Under the pieces are notes generated by a model. That model was given only the letters and a program-made list of their open reading frames with translations, searched no databases and was not told the DNA's origin. A stretch of DNA of 64,000 bases from Piedraia hortae CBS 480.64 (taxonomy: Eukaryota), in the NCBI GenBank assembly GCA_010093745.1, contig MU005981.1:124001-188000 (forward strand). The letters run 5' to 3'. Below are positions 1 to 12,437 of the stretch, one piece after another; within the stretch, counting starts at the first letter, position 1, and every line of letters begins with the position of its first letter. Made by a program: the position numbers and the translations under genes.

Positions 1-104
1 TGAAGATATCGCCGTAAAGCCAAGCACAAGCATTCCGGACGATGTATGTGGCGAGAATGTCAAACGTCTCCGGGGAAGCTGTTAGATGTCCAGCATGACA
101 CTGG

Positions 105-1150
105 ATGTCGCCGATCAAGATGACGGTCCTAGATGGTGCCGGGTGCATACCAACCAGGGCTCAGCAGTTCGATGGCGGGTTCTCCGCTGACGGGGACATT
201 TTCAAAGCGTCCTATATATTCCACCATAGCTTTATCACAACGATGAGGCAAGCGGGGCGAATTCTGTCCGCTTTTGTACGTATGTAGTAAGCATACAATT
301 TCGGCTCTGAAAGAAGCAGGGTATATACCAGAGGGTATCGATTTTCTTCCTTTCCGGAACACACTGGTCTCCAGCACTGCCATTATCAGGAGCAGCACAA
401 GACCCTTCCTATGTTACTGCGAGAAGCTCCCCAGTAGGTATCGGTCCTGCATCAAACTCAACGAATGTGAATACTTGCTAGGAGATGCCTTTCCGCCGTT
501 CTGACGCTGCCTAATCACCGACGAGATTTTCGATCTCCTAGAGGACACCGCGGCAGAAGCAATGAAGGTCGGCACAAAGGCTGCTACAGCGCGTTTCGAA
601 CGCGAGGTTTGCGAGCTGCTCGAAAATTTGCCCGTATGCGCATCGCGCCGCCTCGTTCTTGCCTATGTTGCGGATGATCTTCGGGATGATCTAGCCGATA
701 TCGCAAAGGAGGCAATTCAGACCGGATGTCGCGATCAGAAGGCGCACCTCAGGCGCAAAATCCAGTGGCTGCTCGAAAAGCTCCTTCGGCGGGGATCCAT
801 GAGCTCGCGGACCTGGGCATAGATCTTTTGTGGAAGATGGCTGGACGGGTCCGGTGGGCCTTTGGACAAGATCTGCATCACCCAAAAGGCACGTCTGTGA
901 ATTTTTGATCGCACTTTTGTTTGGAGAGTTTCTGACAGATACCCCCAATCAGGCTCGTTCCCTCACGCCGGCGCTCACATCTACCACATCACCATCCGCA
1001 CGTCTCGTTCATGTCTGGAAAACAACCCCGGTTACGGGAAGATCCCCAGGATGGCCAAGATCCTCCGACAGACAGTTCAAGTCCAATGAAGACCAGAACT
1101 CGTCACAATGGGCGTGTTGGTTACAAACAGATAACAGGCACTCGATAGAA
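105..1150 (+). pseudogene. Possible decayed protein-coding gene of unknown family
   Basis: ORFs 274..504 and 562..822 are in the same frame, separated by one TGA (502-504), and read as helical protein (DEIFDLLEDTAAEAMKVGT...LLEKLL). ORFs 105..287 and 726..908 would join them through frameshifts. No family recognised. Confidence 0.25.
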
Positions 1151-2203
1151 CGCTGGGAACTTCTGAATTAGACTTTTTTGATCTCTCTCTTTGTAATACT
1201 ATCATAGTCTACAATTGTCAAAGCGCCGTATCCGGTAAGCCAGCCCTTTCGATGAGATGACTTCTCATATTACGTTTGTGCCTTTTTCCTCCATCCCATT
1301 GCCGTTCATGGCCGAGTGCACGCAATCCTTGAGACACAAATTCAAGTACGCCATCCTTTTTAAGTCATATTTGAGGAAAAAGTGGACTTCTACCCAGTCC
1401 CATGAACATACATCTGGCCTCGATCTCCGGTAAGATATGAGGGGCATTCCTCGGAAAGAAGCCAAGAAGGCAGCGAAGAGGAGTAGAGAAGCAAAGAACC
1501 CGTCGGACAAGCCAAAGAGAAGAAGCGAGCACACCGATGGACTTCGTGGGGACCGAGGCACAAAGCTTCGAGGATATTTTCAAGGACGCCAAAACGATAC
1601 CTTTCTTGACCCTTCAACAATTATCCGGCCATGGTCATGACTTCAAAACCAACCAGAACAGCGGAACTTGCCGGCAAGACGACTCGGAGTGAATAGTGGC
1701 CAGGTGGAAGAGCAGCTAGACTACGACATATATATGGCGATTTCCTTTGCTTGTCAAGGCTGGCGAAGGAAGTAGCAGGTCTACCTCCTCTATGGCCTCA
1801 TATCGTTTCAAAGCGTCTCAACGAGGGCCATGCTACCTGTACAATCTCCACAGTGTACATACAATATTGAAAGGAAACAACGGAACCAAGTGTAAGCGCA
1901 AGGCTGATGACGAAAGACTTTTCTAGCATAGATCATACTAACGGCCCATTTGTACCCCTTAATTTGGACGCTAGAACGTGCTAGAGCTGGTAGCCCTGTC
2001 CGTTACCCCTGTCCATTACCCCTGTGCATAGCCACCCGTACTTCATCGTTTGTCTTGAAGCACTGTTCACGATTACAAACATCTTGTGGAACCCTGGCAT
2101 CTTGCTGACGTCCGACATCTCATCTGCCGTTGCGTCCTTGTAGCTTCGCTTCTCGGCAACGGCAGCGGCGATGAAGCACGCAAAGACGCCGCAGCCAGGC
2201 CTA

Positions 2204-2490
2204 ATGTCCTGCTGATGGCTTGTCCCTCGGATACGATCGATTCGGGCCAGGCAACAGCATTGAAGCATGCGAAGAAATCGCATCTTGCTGGCCGCTCGAC
2301 CTCTTGGACACGGTCCATCCAGAGCAGGTCACGACGTTGGAGTGCGCGGAGACGCCGCAGCCATAGCTATTGTCCTGCTGGCTGCTCAACCCCTTGGGCA
2401 CGGTCCATTCAGAGCGGGCAAAGATACCGCATTTGTTGTCCTACTACCCATTTTCTCCATGGAAAACATCCATCCCGTTGGTCAGGGCCA
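2204..2490. repeat. Degenerate tandem repeat, about 4 units of 65-90 bp
   Basis: Units start near 2204, 2280, 2370 and 2436. For example, 'tcttgctggccgctcgacctcttggacacggtccatccagagcagg' matches 'tcctgctggctgctcaaccccttgggcacggtccattcagagcggg'. Confidence 0.7.
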
Positions 2491-2510
2491 CCTGAGGCAA
2501 ATTTGTTCGC

Positions 2511-2744
2511 TTAAGTTGCACCCTGTTGCTGTCTAGCTTGTTGTGCCGCGGTAGGGACCTGCGCAGCCTGGTTTTCAGCGGCGGGGGTCAGGATGAATCC
2601 TTGCACGAGGTTAGATCTCGTGATGGAATGGCTGAGCTTGCTGGATTTCAGCATGGTAGATTTCTCGTCATTCGACATGGTGTTGCCCTCTTGATCACTG
2701 GCCGTCATGGCTTTGGCCTTGTTGGGTTTGGAGTTGTCGGACAT
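2511..2744 (-). pseudogene. Small low-complexity gene or relic, paralogue of the 44674 locus
   Basis: The ATG at 2744 gives MSDNSKPNKAKAMTASDQEGNTMSN. About 170 bp, including upstream sequence, match 44587-44745 in inverted orientation. Confidence 0.45.
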
Positions 2745-5700
2745 GGTGTTGAGGGAAAGGAAGGATCGAGAGGAGCTGAGAGTTGGTGCGGAACGAGCCA
2801 AGTTAACGTGGCGTGGGTGGGCGTACTTTGACTGCTGAGAGGTTGGAGCGGCCGAGACGTCTTGTTGCATCACCGCAAACTCCGACGCGGTGTCTTAGCC
2901 GTATTAGAGTCATCCGACTGGCCGACGAAGCGCTTTGGCTGCCCTTCCCAATTTGAAGGAGTAATGGGTAGGCACTGAGCAATACCTGATGCCAGTAGTT
3001 ATAGTGTTGTTTTAAGCATGACGGGTCCCGCGATCTCTGTCCAAGCAATGGTGAAGTCGAGTAAGTCATTTCTTGAGCGCACATCGGTTTGGAGCTGAAG
3101 CATTCCACAAGAGAGATAGCTGATTGTGAAATTATCGCAAGATGACTTGGAAATATTATTTGGTCACCAGTCGGATGAAAACTCAGCTTCTGCGGCCTTC
3201 TGGGACAGCCGCGTGACTTTTGACGCCCAGCACATCGCAGAGCACACCCAAGGGGTTACAGAGGTGGCTGTTGCGCCAGATAATCTACCCTCATTAGTTA
3301 GATTCAACCGGGTCAGAATCTCCATAGCACGCAAAACCCTCTTCGCTTGAAACCCAGACCATCGAACGATCGTGATGGAGCAAGTTTCCATCACGCAATG
3401 TTGTTTGCAATAGCCAATGCCTCACCCACCTTCTGAAGCTTGAATCTTCTCCTCTCGATCCTCGTACTCTGGAGTTCGCTGCTTTTGCGAGCGAGTCTTT
3501 TCTCTGTACCTCTGTGGATAACTTGCTTGGACTCTGCTCTTGCTAAGCGGGAGGAGATGGAGCGGATTGCTTCGAATTGGTCTTGTATTTCTTTTCTCAG
3601 CGTCACCACGGACGAGCGGCGCGTCGCAAAGCCGATCGTCATCGAGGGCTTTTGGTCATCATGTCTGCCAGTCTGGCATTGATAAATGGAAGTGCTGGCT
3701 GCGGTCTTGAACTCTTACGCAGATGACTTGTCGTTCCGTTCGGGCGCTTGCTCAAAATTGTGGCCGTATCACAAGTCACTGTGTTGCGATGCCCAATGAG
3801 GATGTATATACCCGGCTGTATATAGCAGGTAGGTGTGATGTTGGTGGTGTATTGATATAGATTTGAGTAACACCAAAAGTGACTTCCAGGTATTGCACAC
3901 CCGCACGAACCACGAGTTTTTTTGGTCCGTGCATTGTTTTCCCAGTACCAGGACTAGCATCCGTGATTTGAGGCTTTGTATAGTTGCTGAGGTCTTGAGA
4001 CCATGCTCTGGTATGCGTAACGTTGTCAGCGTTGCTTATCATTACTGTTACGAGCTAGCCACTCGTTCCATGTTTGTTCTATGTATGCGGTTCGCCAGGC
4101 GCACGCCTACCGCCGCGACCTCGACCCACCAAACCTCCCGGCGCAGGAGCCCATGTTAGTAAACCCCCTAGCTATTCCTCGCTTCTGTATGAGACTGCTC
4201 AAACTTTTTTCCGTGCCTTCCAGTGGTTGCGTAAAACTTGCCATGGAAGCAGAAAAATTGAGGTGTGTTGCAGTGAAGGAAGCGATGGTAAATCGAATAG
4301 GTAAAATGCGCCGCACAGGCCACTTGTCATAAGAGGTCCGTGCGAACTTTCCTGACATACACGCGGTGGTCCTAGCCTACAATAACGTACGACGCGATCC
4401 TAGGGGAATGTGTTTGACCGTAAGAGTTAATACATGATCTGCAATATCACTGGTGTGGACAAAGGAAACAGCGATGAAAGAAAGACAACGCGACTGCCCG
4501 CCCGAGCCGGCGGGCGGAACTATTTACAAGAACCAACTAATGTATCAGCGACAACAATGTCGATCATGCGATTGACATGCCGAGGCACCGGCAAGGATCG
4601 ACACTGGCCACCGCCTCGTATGCATCTTCCCGTGACGCGGGTTATGCAATGAGCTGTGATTCGGGGTTTGAGTAGTGCGCAAAATCGATGCCAAGTCCAC
4701 TTGGCACCAATCCAGTCCACGTATGTGCACGCTTGAGGAATGGCCCATGGACCCTGACAATGTGGGGCTGATAAAAGTTTGTTTTGTGCGCAACGTCAAC
4801 TGTTTATCTACGACACTGATTTGCAAAATATTGCATCGGCAGTCGACTGCGCTCTCTTATTGAGCTCATTCTTGATGCCAAGCCAGAACGCTATGTAAGT
4901 CGCTTTCGCTGTGCAGAACGATTGCGTATGCGCTAGGTGTCTTGAAAATCGGAAGGAGCACTGTTAACTACAAACACTCCAAGCAAGAGGTGCTTATAAG
5001 AACATCGTACTCGCTGGCCTTGGTGATAATTCCGGAGTTCGGAGGGTCAGGTAGAACCGAGAGAGGAGACGGTGGCCAGGCAACCGAGGAAGCGGAACCT
5101 TGGTTGAGCCAGAAACAGAGCGTCTGCTTCTCATTGTTCCAACTTTTGCCTCATTCGTCACACAAAAGCGGTCACACAAGCCATATTCTCGCCCAAGGTT
5201 GGTATTGGCTAACGCATTGACAGCAACCGGATTCAAACTCGCAGTATGACGCGGAGCGAACTGATGGGAGCGCTTCCTCCACAACCCATTTTCCCTTACG
5301 AGAAAGTTATGGATCATGAAATTGGTACGATACTACTCAAGAGCATCGGGCACCTATACACCTGAGGCTTTTCGAAGTGAGGCCACGCACAACAGCGCTA
5401 GACTACCTCTATCACGACCTTCGAACGTTCTACAGGGAATCGGCGAAGGTGCGGTGTGAAGCTGAGGTATTACTATCTTCTGCTGTCGAGCGGCTCCTCG
5501 CCGCTGTTGAACGTTGTTGAGGCATCCAACCTAGTCATCTCCGCTGCAAAAAATGCGGTCAAGCGTTTTAGTCGGCGAGCAGCATGGCTTCTTGTAAGTT
5601 CACGCCCAGAAGTTGCTGTTCTCCCTCGTCACATTGCATTTTGCACGAGGAGTTTGAATCTTGAGATCCATTCGTGCTAATAATGGAACCGATAGATGTT

Positions 5701-8055
5701 TACTACGAATGGATCGATGCTAGCGATCAAGTCACGAAGGAGGGGAAAGAAATATATGCCAATCAAAAGGCCAATGGGAACGGTTCTTAAGCCCTTTTGT
5801 CGCGAACTACGATGACGCGAATACCCCGTTAGTGCGTTACTCTCGAACTATGGCTGCGCCGTCTGTGCCTGCTGTGCATGTTTCAAGTACCAAGGCTCTG
5901 CAATTCCCTTGCCAATTGCTCAACGGAGACCCCTGCATCGACTGGGCATGATCCTCTTCCTCCGCCGGCCTGCGGGCAAGGCGCAATGGTCGATCCCTTC
6001 GATGAAGTGTTCATGGACACCAACACGATTTCGACATCACCGGCTGGGAGTATGATCGAACGGAGAAGTCCCACTTGCCTTCAAGCCCATTGCTCTGCCG
6101 CACAAGCTGGACCTGCCGGGAATAACCTCAAGGAGATGGTCGTGGCCGCCCTACGCGAGGAAGAGGAGTAGAGTGGAAAACATGAGAAACTGCGGAGAGA
6201 TGCTCTTGGAGTCTACGGATCGCAAACTATGTGCCACCTGCCGTCCAAGCAAAGCGGTCAACTACGCACCAGATGACAAAATCTGGCTGGATGGGATCTG
6301 CAAAGGTTGGCTACAGCACCATGCGCAAGATGACTGACCGGCGTTTGACCGCACAGCGAGGTATACCATCGACCGTCTGCCCAACAGTTGTGCAAGCTAC
6401 AAAGTCCGCACGAAGTGTGATTGAGGAGTTAATGGTTTTTGCTAAGGAAGATTTTCCAGGGTGGGATTTGCCCTTTCATAGTCGCCATGAGAGGAAGGTG
6501 TTGAATATTGTCGGATGACGTTCCAAGTGGATCGAGCCAGTACCAACCGAGAGTTGGTCACCCCTCGTCAGCCTCGTAGCAAGATACTCCATCACAATCA
6601 TACAATATCATAGGCAGTGGGGCACATGTCGGAGGCTAGGCCTCCGGTGGGGAAAGTGGACAGACTAATATGCGGGCGCCAAGTCACTCGACACTAAGGT
6701 GCACGTAGATGTCTATGTGTGTGTATCAGATGAGGTGAGGTGAAATGCGGAACATCTCCACAATCTACCTCAGGCCTAGCCGCACTCACCGAGACCAGCT
6801 ACCAAGCACGCACAGAGCATGGACGGAACCGTGCCTTGTCCCAGGGGAAATATCATCTCGAGGAGGTAAAAACTCTGGGAAGCCTGGCCTCCGTTACGGT
6901 GCTCAGAGGAAAAGGTTCAATAAGTCCCAACAACGAGGACGATCCGAACTGATATATACTGGAAAGCTAGGAAGTTATAAAGAGTCATCCAACAGCACAT
7001 GTGTCCCTGTTTGCCGTGCGTTAGGCAGAGGGGAAGGAAGGGGAAGGGACTGAAACTTGAGTGAAAGAAAGAGATGGAAGAGATCATGAAACCTGGAAAG
7101 AAACGGGGGAGAAGGAATGAGGAAATGACAAATTCGGGAGTGAACAGGGGAATATAAGCTTCCATGTGTGGATGACATCGACTTTCTCATGACGATACGC
7201 ATGCGGGGAAAATATTCTATGACACCAAAGTCAAATCGAAAACTCTAATTCAAAAGTAACCTCATTCCAATTTTCGTTCATTCATCTCCCACGCAAGTTT
7301 ATAGCATCTATTCGCATAGCTTATATTCTCTACCAGTAATACAGCTCGCGAATATACCCGCGTATGTTTCTTGGCTCTGCCCAATGCCATATAGCATGGA
7401 CAAGTTCGTAGCCGGCACGACGTACCCGGTGGACCTAGGTCGCTGACCAGGAATAGAGACATGCATGGCAAGCCATGCAACCGTGTCGAGAGAAAGGTTA
7501 ATCAAAGAAGACGAGCTTACCTATTCTGATCTCTTAACTTAAAACCTATTGCATGAGTCGTTATCTTTTGAAATTTTCTTAGCTCTTCATGTTCCTATTT
7601 TGTCGAAGGTTGAAAGGGTACGGGGGGTCTTAACGTTGCCTGTAAAGCGTCCGGTGATTGTCACTATGGTGTAACTGAAGCTTGACCAATAACCGTTAGA
7701 CAGATGGAAGGATAGCGTACCAGATAACCTCAAAAGGTATAATAGCCCGAGAACAAGTGTCTCGGAATATCCGGGGCGGCCCGATGTGTACCGATTGTTT
7801 GCAGCTGTTTTCATCCTGGTCTGGACAATCAAAAGCGCAAGCACCGCGATTGTAGGTGTGCTCCTCATTCCATTGGGAGTAGCGTGATATTTCGTTATGC
7901 TGAGTGGCCTGGTCTTGATGGCGGTCCTTTGACGCCGTTGACGATTCTTGCGGAATTGAGTAAAAGATTATTTTGTCCTTTTACCCCCTCAATTTATCTA
8001 ATTCCATTCAAGGGCCTTATGCAGGCTAGGAAAGCACCTAGGGCGCCATCCTAGA

Positions 8056-8877
8056 CTAAGGCTCGAGGTAATATGAAAGAAACCTCCAGTCTTGCTCTGT
8101 GGCTTGAAAATTCGGTCCTAGATCGACCGCTACATGGGCCACTCTGTTATCCTCTGTTCTTGGCAATTTGAACCTCTTTATATCATTGGAACTCATAGAC
8201 ACAACGATTGGCGAGATGCAGTTCTCCGCAAAAACGTCTGAATCATTATGATTCGCAATCTTGAGCTTGGACACCCGATATAGTCCCTTTCGTAGAAAGC
8301 TGCGAACGAGGCTCGTCATTCCCTTTTGTATGAGCCGGGGTGGTGCGCTGCTTGTCCCGCGGTCATGCCAGTACGGTTCAGCTAGAATGAATTCCAGGGT
8401 ATCGAGGTAAAGGTCCGGATGGTCAAATGGACGGCCGTTCCAGATATGGGCCAAGTCGTCTGTGAGCCATATGTCGACTTTACAGGCCAGGTGGCGGAGC
8501 ACATCCGCAGTGCCAATTGGAAGTTTGTTCACGAGGCGCGAGAATATGTGGGGTTGCAGTGTCTGCACAGGTAGGTGGAATTTAGTTCGGGAAAAGGCCA
8601 TCAATCGAGCGTCCAAGTAGAATTGACGGCATGTAAGTAGGATTCGGAGCTGAGATTTGTCGCCTTCATCTACAAAAGTGTGGGAGAAAATTAGGTTGCG
8701 GATCTCCGGTGGGAGAGCGGTCACGCAGGGTTTGTTATTGGTTGACGAGGATAATACGTTTGAGCCCGTCAAGAAGACGATATCCGAATCCGCAGAACTG
8801 GTTCCCTGTGGTCGGGCCACACTCCTAATGGGCACTTCCAATACCGTTTGGTTGTATCCGCACGAGCTTGTCTCCAT
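8056..8877 (-). CDS. F-box-like (DUF7730-like) hypothetical protein
   Basis: Motif TALPPEIRNLIFSHTF...QLRILLTCRQFYLDARLMAFSRTKF is shared with four other loci in the window. The ORF is open from 9081, but the first likely start is taken as the ATG at 8877. Confidence 0.7.
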   Translation of the reverse strand: METSSCGYNQTVLEVPIRSVARPQGTSSADSDIVFLTGSNVLSSSTNNKPCVTALPPEIRNLIFSHTFVDEGDKSQLRILLTCRQFYLDARLMAFSRTKFHLPVQTLQPHIFSRLVNKLPIGTADVLRHLACKVDIWLTDDLAHIWNGRPFDHPDLYLDTLEFILAEPYWHDRGTSSAPPRLIQKGMTSLVRSFLRKGLYRVSKLKIANHNDSDVFAENCISPIVVSMSSNDIKRFKLPRTEDNRVAHVAVDLGPNFQATEQDWRFLSYYLEP

Positions 8878-9309
8878 TGACTCCCTTACAATCCTCTGCT
8901 GCTGCTGATGAAGGCGAGTGCGAGGGGAAGGGTGAAGAGGCTGATAACTCCGCGGCGCGTTGCATGTGCGTATGACGTGGGTCATGAGAACGATGCTACT
9001 ACTAGCGCAAATTCGAAGATCGCTGTGTTTGTGCGTGGTCGTCACTTCTGCAGTCCTGCACAGTATGCATGTCAAGTGCATACAGCCGGTTAGCCGTCTA
9101 CGTGGATGTTGCTTCAGTCAATGTGTTGGACAAACAGCTGGCAACAGGCAACGTGCCAAGTAATTATTACCTGCTAAGTTAATCATGCCTTGTGTTTGGT
9201 GATGGAAACAGTCTCAAGATCGAAACTTAATCACAAAATGCTAGGCGCAAACAAAAAAGATAGGTACACGCTCCGTTAACAATGATTCCGTCTCTTGCAG
9301 TGAGACACA

Positions 9310-9872
9310 TCACCTCTTCTTTTGCGCGCCTTTAACAAGCATACCAACACCCACGGCGGCTGCGGCAGCCAGGCCACCCACAATCGCCATGCCCATCATG
9401 CCCTCTCTGGCAACCTTGTCCTCAATCAACTGTTTTAGGCTTCGCGCTTGCATATTCGCAGGCTCGATCTCCATGAGGGAGTCATTATACCTCCGTGCCT
9501 CTGCATAGTTGCCTAGCTTATAGTTTCCCAGCGCGAGATAGTAGAGACACTCGCGACGGCGATCTGGAGAGGAGTGAAAGATTTGGGTAAGCAAACGAAC
9601 GCCTTCTTGCTGCTCAGCGGTGGTGGAGGACTTGATTAGTCCCCATGCATAATTGAAGCGCGTCTGAAGAGTTGCGTATTCGCCCTCCTTCTCGTACTGC
9701 GCGCGGAGTACCTGGAGTTCCGCCGGTTTCAACGGGCTGGGATGGAGTTAGGGAGGCGTGGTTGGCCATGGGAAGTCAAACGTGCCTTTCTGCGTCTGCT
9801 GCATCTGGACAAGCGGTCAGTAACAGAGCTTCGATCCAAGCGAGGATGAGTCGTACATGGTAGGCTGCTCAT
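9310..9872 (-). CDS. FIS1: Mitochondrial fission protein Fis1 (3 exons: 9872-9857, 9804-9786, 9736-9310)
   Basis: Spliced N-terminus [33 protein letters not shown] motifs [10 protein letters not shown] and [19 protein letters not shown], and a C-terminal TM anchor. Intron 9737-9785 has a GC donor. Confidence 0.95.
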
Positions 9873-9940
9873 TGCTGCTTGAGGTGTGTGTGGTTAATGG
9901 AAGTGATCGAGCAACTGCTTCGCCACAAATGCATCTGATG

Positions 9941-9946
9941 ACGCGT
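9941..9946. promoter_or_regulatory. MCB box (ACGCGT) in the divergent FIS1/SPC24 promoter
   Basis: Exact ACGCGT about 120 bp upstream of the SPC24 ATG. A single site could occur by chance. Confidence 0.35.
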
Positions 9947-10063
9947 GTTAAGAGTGGCTGTGGGGCTGTGGCGGCGTCGGACATTTTTGGAAACTAGGGA
10001 CGACCCGTCCCGAGGCGCTAACTCTCCTCACTCTAGCTCTGTTTACGACGACCAACGTCAACA

Positions 10064-10700
10064 ATGGTCCTCTTTGACGATGATCCGGCAAATTTAATGC
10101 TAGAAACGAAGAATCAGTTTCTCATCGAACCTGATAAGGAAGCCCAGGCTCGAACCCATACTGTTCTCCAAGCGCTGCAGCAAACGCGTCAACAATCACT
10201 ACAGGAGCAGCAGCATCTCCTCAAGACTCTCTCCCGTCGGCTTAACAAGCTGCAATCGCAACAGAGCTTTGAGGAGGAGCGTCATGATGCTGCAAAACAT
10301 GCCAGCGAGGTCCTCAAGCTCGACACGGAGAAGTTTCGCATGGCTAAGGGCGTAAGCGAAGCTGAAGTGGAGGGCGAGAGACTCAGTAGTGAGATTGCAC
10401 GGTTGCAGGCTATCTTGGAACGGTTCTCTCGAGGAGGTATCGATCTGGATGGGGGCCAAGGAGCAGGCGGTGATAATGAAGTTGTGTAGGTGATTTGCCG
10501 CGACTGAGGTAACTCTTGTTGATGGATCTAGACTCAAGTTGCAGTTTTATCGTTCCCTGGGCATCGATATCTCGCAAGATGCAGACACTGGCGAGGTTAA
10601 TCGTGCCATTATTCGCAATGCGGACAGAGACGATGTTGATGTGATCACTATAGATGGTTCAGATTTCGATACTGACCGGTTCTGGAGCAGCATGTCGTGA
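10064..10700 (+). CDS. SPC24: Kinetochore Ndc80-complex subunit Spc24 (exons 10064-10485, 10532-10700)
   Basis: N-terminus MVLFDDDPANL...PDK, a coiled coil, and after the GT-AG intron 10486-10531 the conserved VLKLQFYRSLGID...RFWSSM C-terminus. Confidence 0.85.
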
Positions 10701-10725
10701 TAATGACCTGTAATGAATGAAGCCT

Positions 10726-12099
10726 CTAATTCTTATTATCCACTTTAAACTCCTCGCCGTTGGGGCCGGTTTGTTTCACACCTTCCACCTCATCAGCCAC
10801 CTCTTCCGACGTGCCGTACGGTTCGGCGCTACTGGCTCGGCTGAGCTCTGCGCTTGCAGCATCTGATTCGCGAAGGCCCAGCTTCTTCTCAAAGTCTTCT
10901 GAGTGGTCATCATTACCCCGCCAATCGGCTGGTCTCATTTGCTCCACTACTTCGCCCTCAGCGGGCTCCTTGACTACAGCTGCCCCCTCATCCACAGCCT
11001 TCCAGACCACAGACATCTTATCAAAGGCCTTTGCACCCTTTCGGCTGCTGCCCTTAAGACCATCCATAGCGTCCCAGTTAATCTCGAACACTCCTGAGCT
11101 GTCCGGCTTGCCTTGCTGTTCGGGGCCCTTGCCTTCAAAGAACACATTAAACCACACGTGTGCAACGGCGGTGACCATGGTGAATCCACCACGCTTACTC
11201 TTGCTGCGACGCTCTACGTCAATCTTGACGTCGCTAGTTGGGACCACAACCGAGCTAGATGGGCGGAAAACGACGTCACACAAACCGTCGGCAAGCTCAT
11301 CGTTGTCGGCCTCATCCGCAGTCTTCCGACCTCTGCCAAGCATCCCCATGGCTGCCTCTGCGAACCCCATGGACTTCTGTGGAGTACCTCTGACGATTGT
11401 TTTTTCATTCTTGTTAAAGGTATGGTGCATCTTGATTACCTTCCCTTCCTCGACATAGCCCTGAATGGCAACCTTAACACCAGACCTTAATCCGCGGAAA
11501 TGCACCTCGACTATCTCAACAGACCTCTCAATGTAAATCTTGCCATTTTTGGTCCATCGATCCACGTAGGAAATTGTACGTAGCTGGCTTGGGATGCTGA
11601 TGCCGGCCCCAAACCCCGGACGCATTCGTCGTTCAGTGAATCGATCAAGCGCATCCTTAGGCGACCATGCTTGTTCGGAGATTAGATAAGAGCAACTCAC
11701 TGTGCCGCTGCGGCCCTTGCCGGCCTTACAATGGACGACAGCTACGTGTTTTTCATCCTCGTTCAGCCAGTTTCTCATGCTTGCCATTATTAGAGGGATC
11801 AAGCCAAAGGGTGGTGGATGGTGGTCGGGCCATGGGTAGTGGTTTATACGATTGTAGACTTGATCATCTGGATAGCCCGTTCCTTCGGCCCGAAACTCCC
11901 AGATGGCCCAATTATCACCGTGCGCATCGTCTAAAAAGCGGACGAGTGACTTGAGAGGATTGCGGTAGGCCACTTGGGGGTAGCCATGGCCTGGACCCGA
12001 CGTGGCTATGAGTCTATCGGTTACGTAGCAGAGATCCAAGTCAGCATCCGAATGGCGCACGCGTGGAGAGGCCACGATCTGGCGAAGCAGAGAGGTCAT
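10726..12099 (-). CDS. TEP1: PTEN-like phosphoinositide 3-phosphatase / dual-specificity phosphatase
   Basis: DLDLCYVTDRLIA, YRNP, WPDHHPPP and the catalytic signature HCKAGKGRSG; 457-aa intronless ORF. Confidence 0.92.
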   Translation of the reverse strand: MTSLLRQIVASPRVRHSDADLDLCYVTDRLIATSGPGHGYPQVAYRNPLKSLVRFLDDAHGDNWAIWEFRAEGTGYPDDQVYNRINHYPWPDHHPPPFGLIPLIMASMRNWLNEDEKHVAVVHCKAGKGRSGTVSCSYLISEQAWSPKDALDRFTERRMRPGFGAGISIPSQLRTISYVDRWTKNGKIYIERSVEIVEVHFRGLRSGVKVAIQGYVEEGKVIKMHHTFNKNEKTIVRGTPQKSMGFAEAAMGMLGRGRKTADEADNDELADGLCDVVFRPSSSVVVPTSDVKIDVERRSKSKRGGFTMVTAVAHVWFNVFFEGKGPEQQGKPDSSGVFEINWDAMDGLKGSSRKGAKAFDKMSVVWKAVDEGAAVVKEPAEGEVVEQMRPADWRGNDDHSEDFEKKLGLRESDAASAELSRASSAEPYGTSEEVADEVEGVKQTGPNGEEFKVDNKN

Positions 12100-12437
12100 G
12101 TTAGGTGTTGCTATGCAAGGGCTCTATATGCAGATTCCGACGTTTACCACAACGCACACACGTCATTCTGTCGCCACAACGGCTGACGGATGAAAATCGT
12201 TTATCGAGACGCCACACTTACCCACCCTTGCAACTCTCTGAACCACGCTACACATGCTCCAAACCCAATGCCATGACGATTGTTCTGACCGATGTCGTTT
12301 CGGCGGCACGTTCCGTAGTGCGGGGCTCAACCCACACTTCGTTGGCATTGCCGTTGTTGTAACCGTCTGTCTAGGTTTTCCCCTCTTTTTTAGTTTTGTA
12401 TATAGCTCAGCGGGATAAATCGATCAGGGGGAATACA

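Noticed and set aside
3930..3965. ASPGTGKT Walker-A-like peptide on the minus strand
   Set aside because: Isolated; no preceding beta strand or Walker B and no long frame.
6200..6430. Cys-containing fragments (CATCRPSK, SCASYKVRTKCD) suggesting a Zn2Cys6 relic
   Set aside because: Cys spacing is incomplete and interrupted by stops; too weak to call.
10760..11458. 232-aa plus-strand ORF
   Set aside because: Antisense to the PTEN-like gene.
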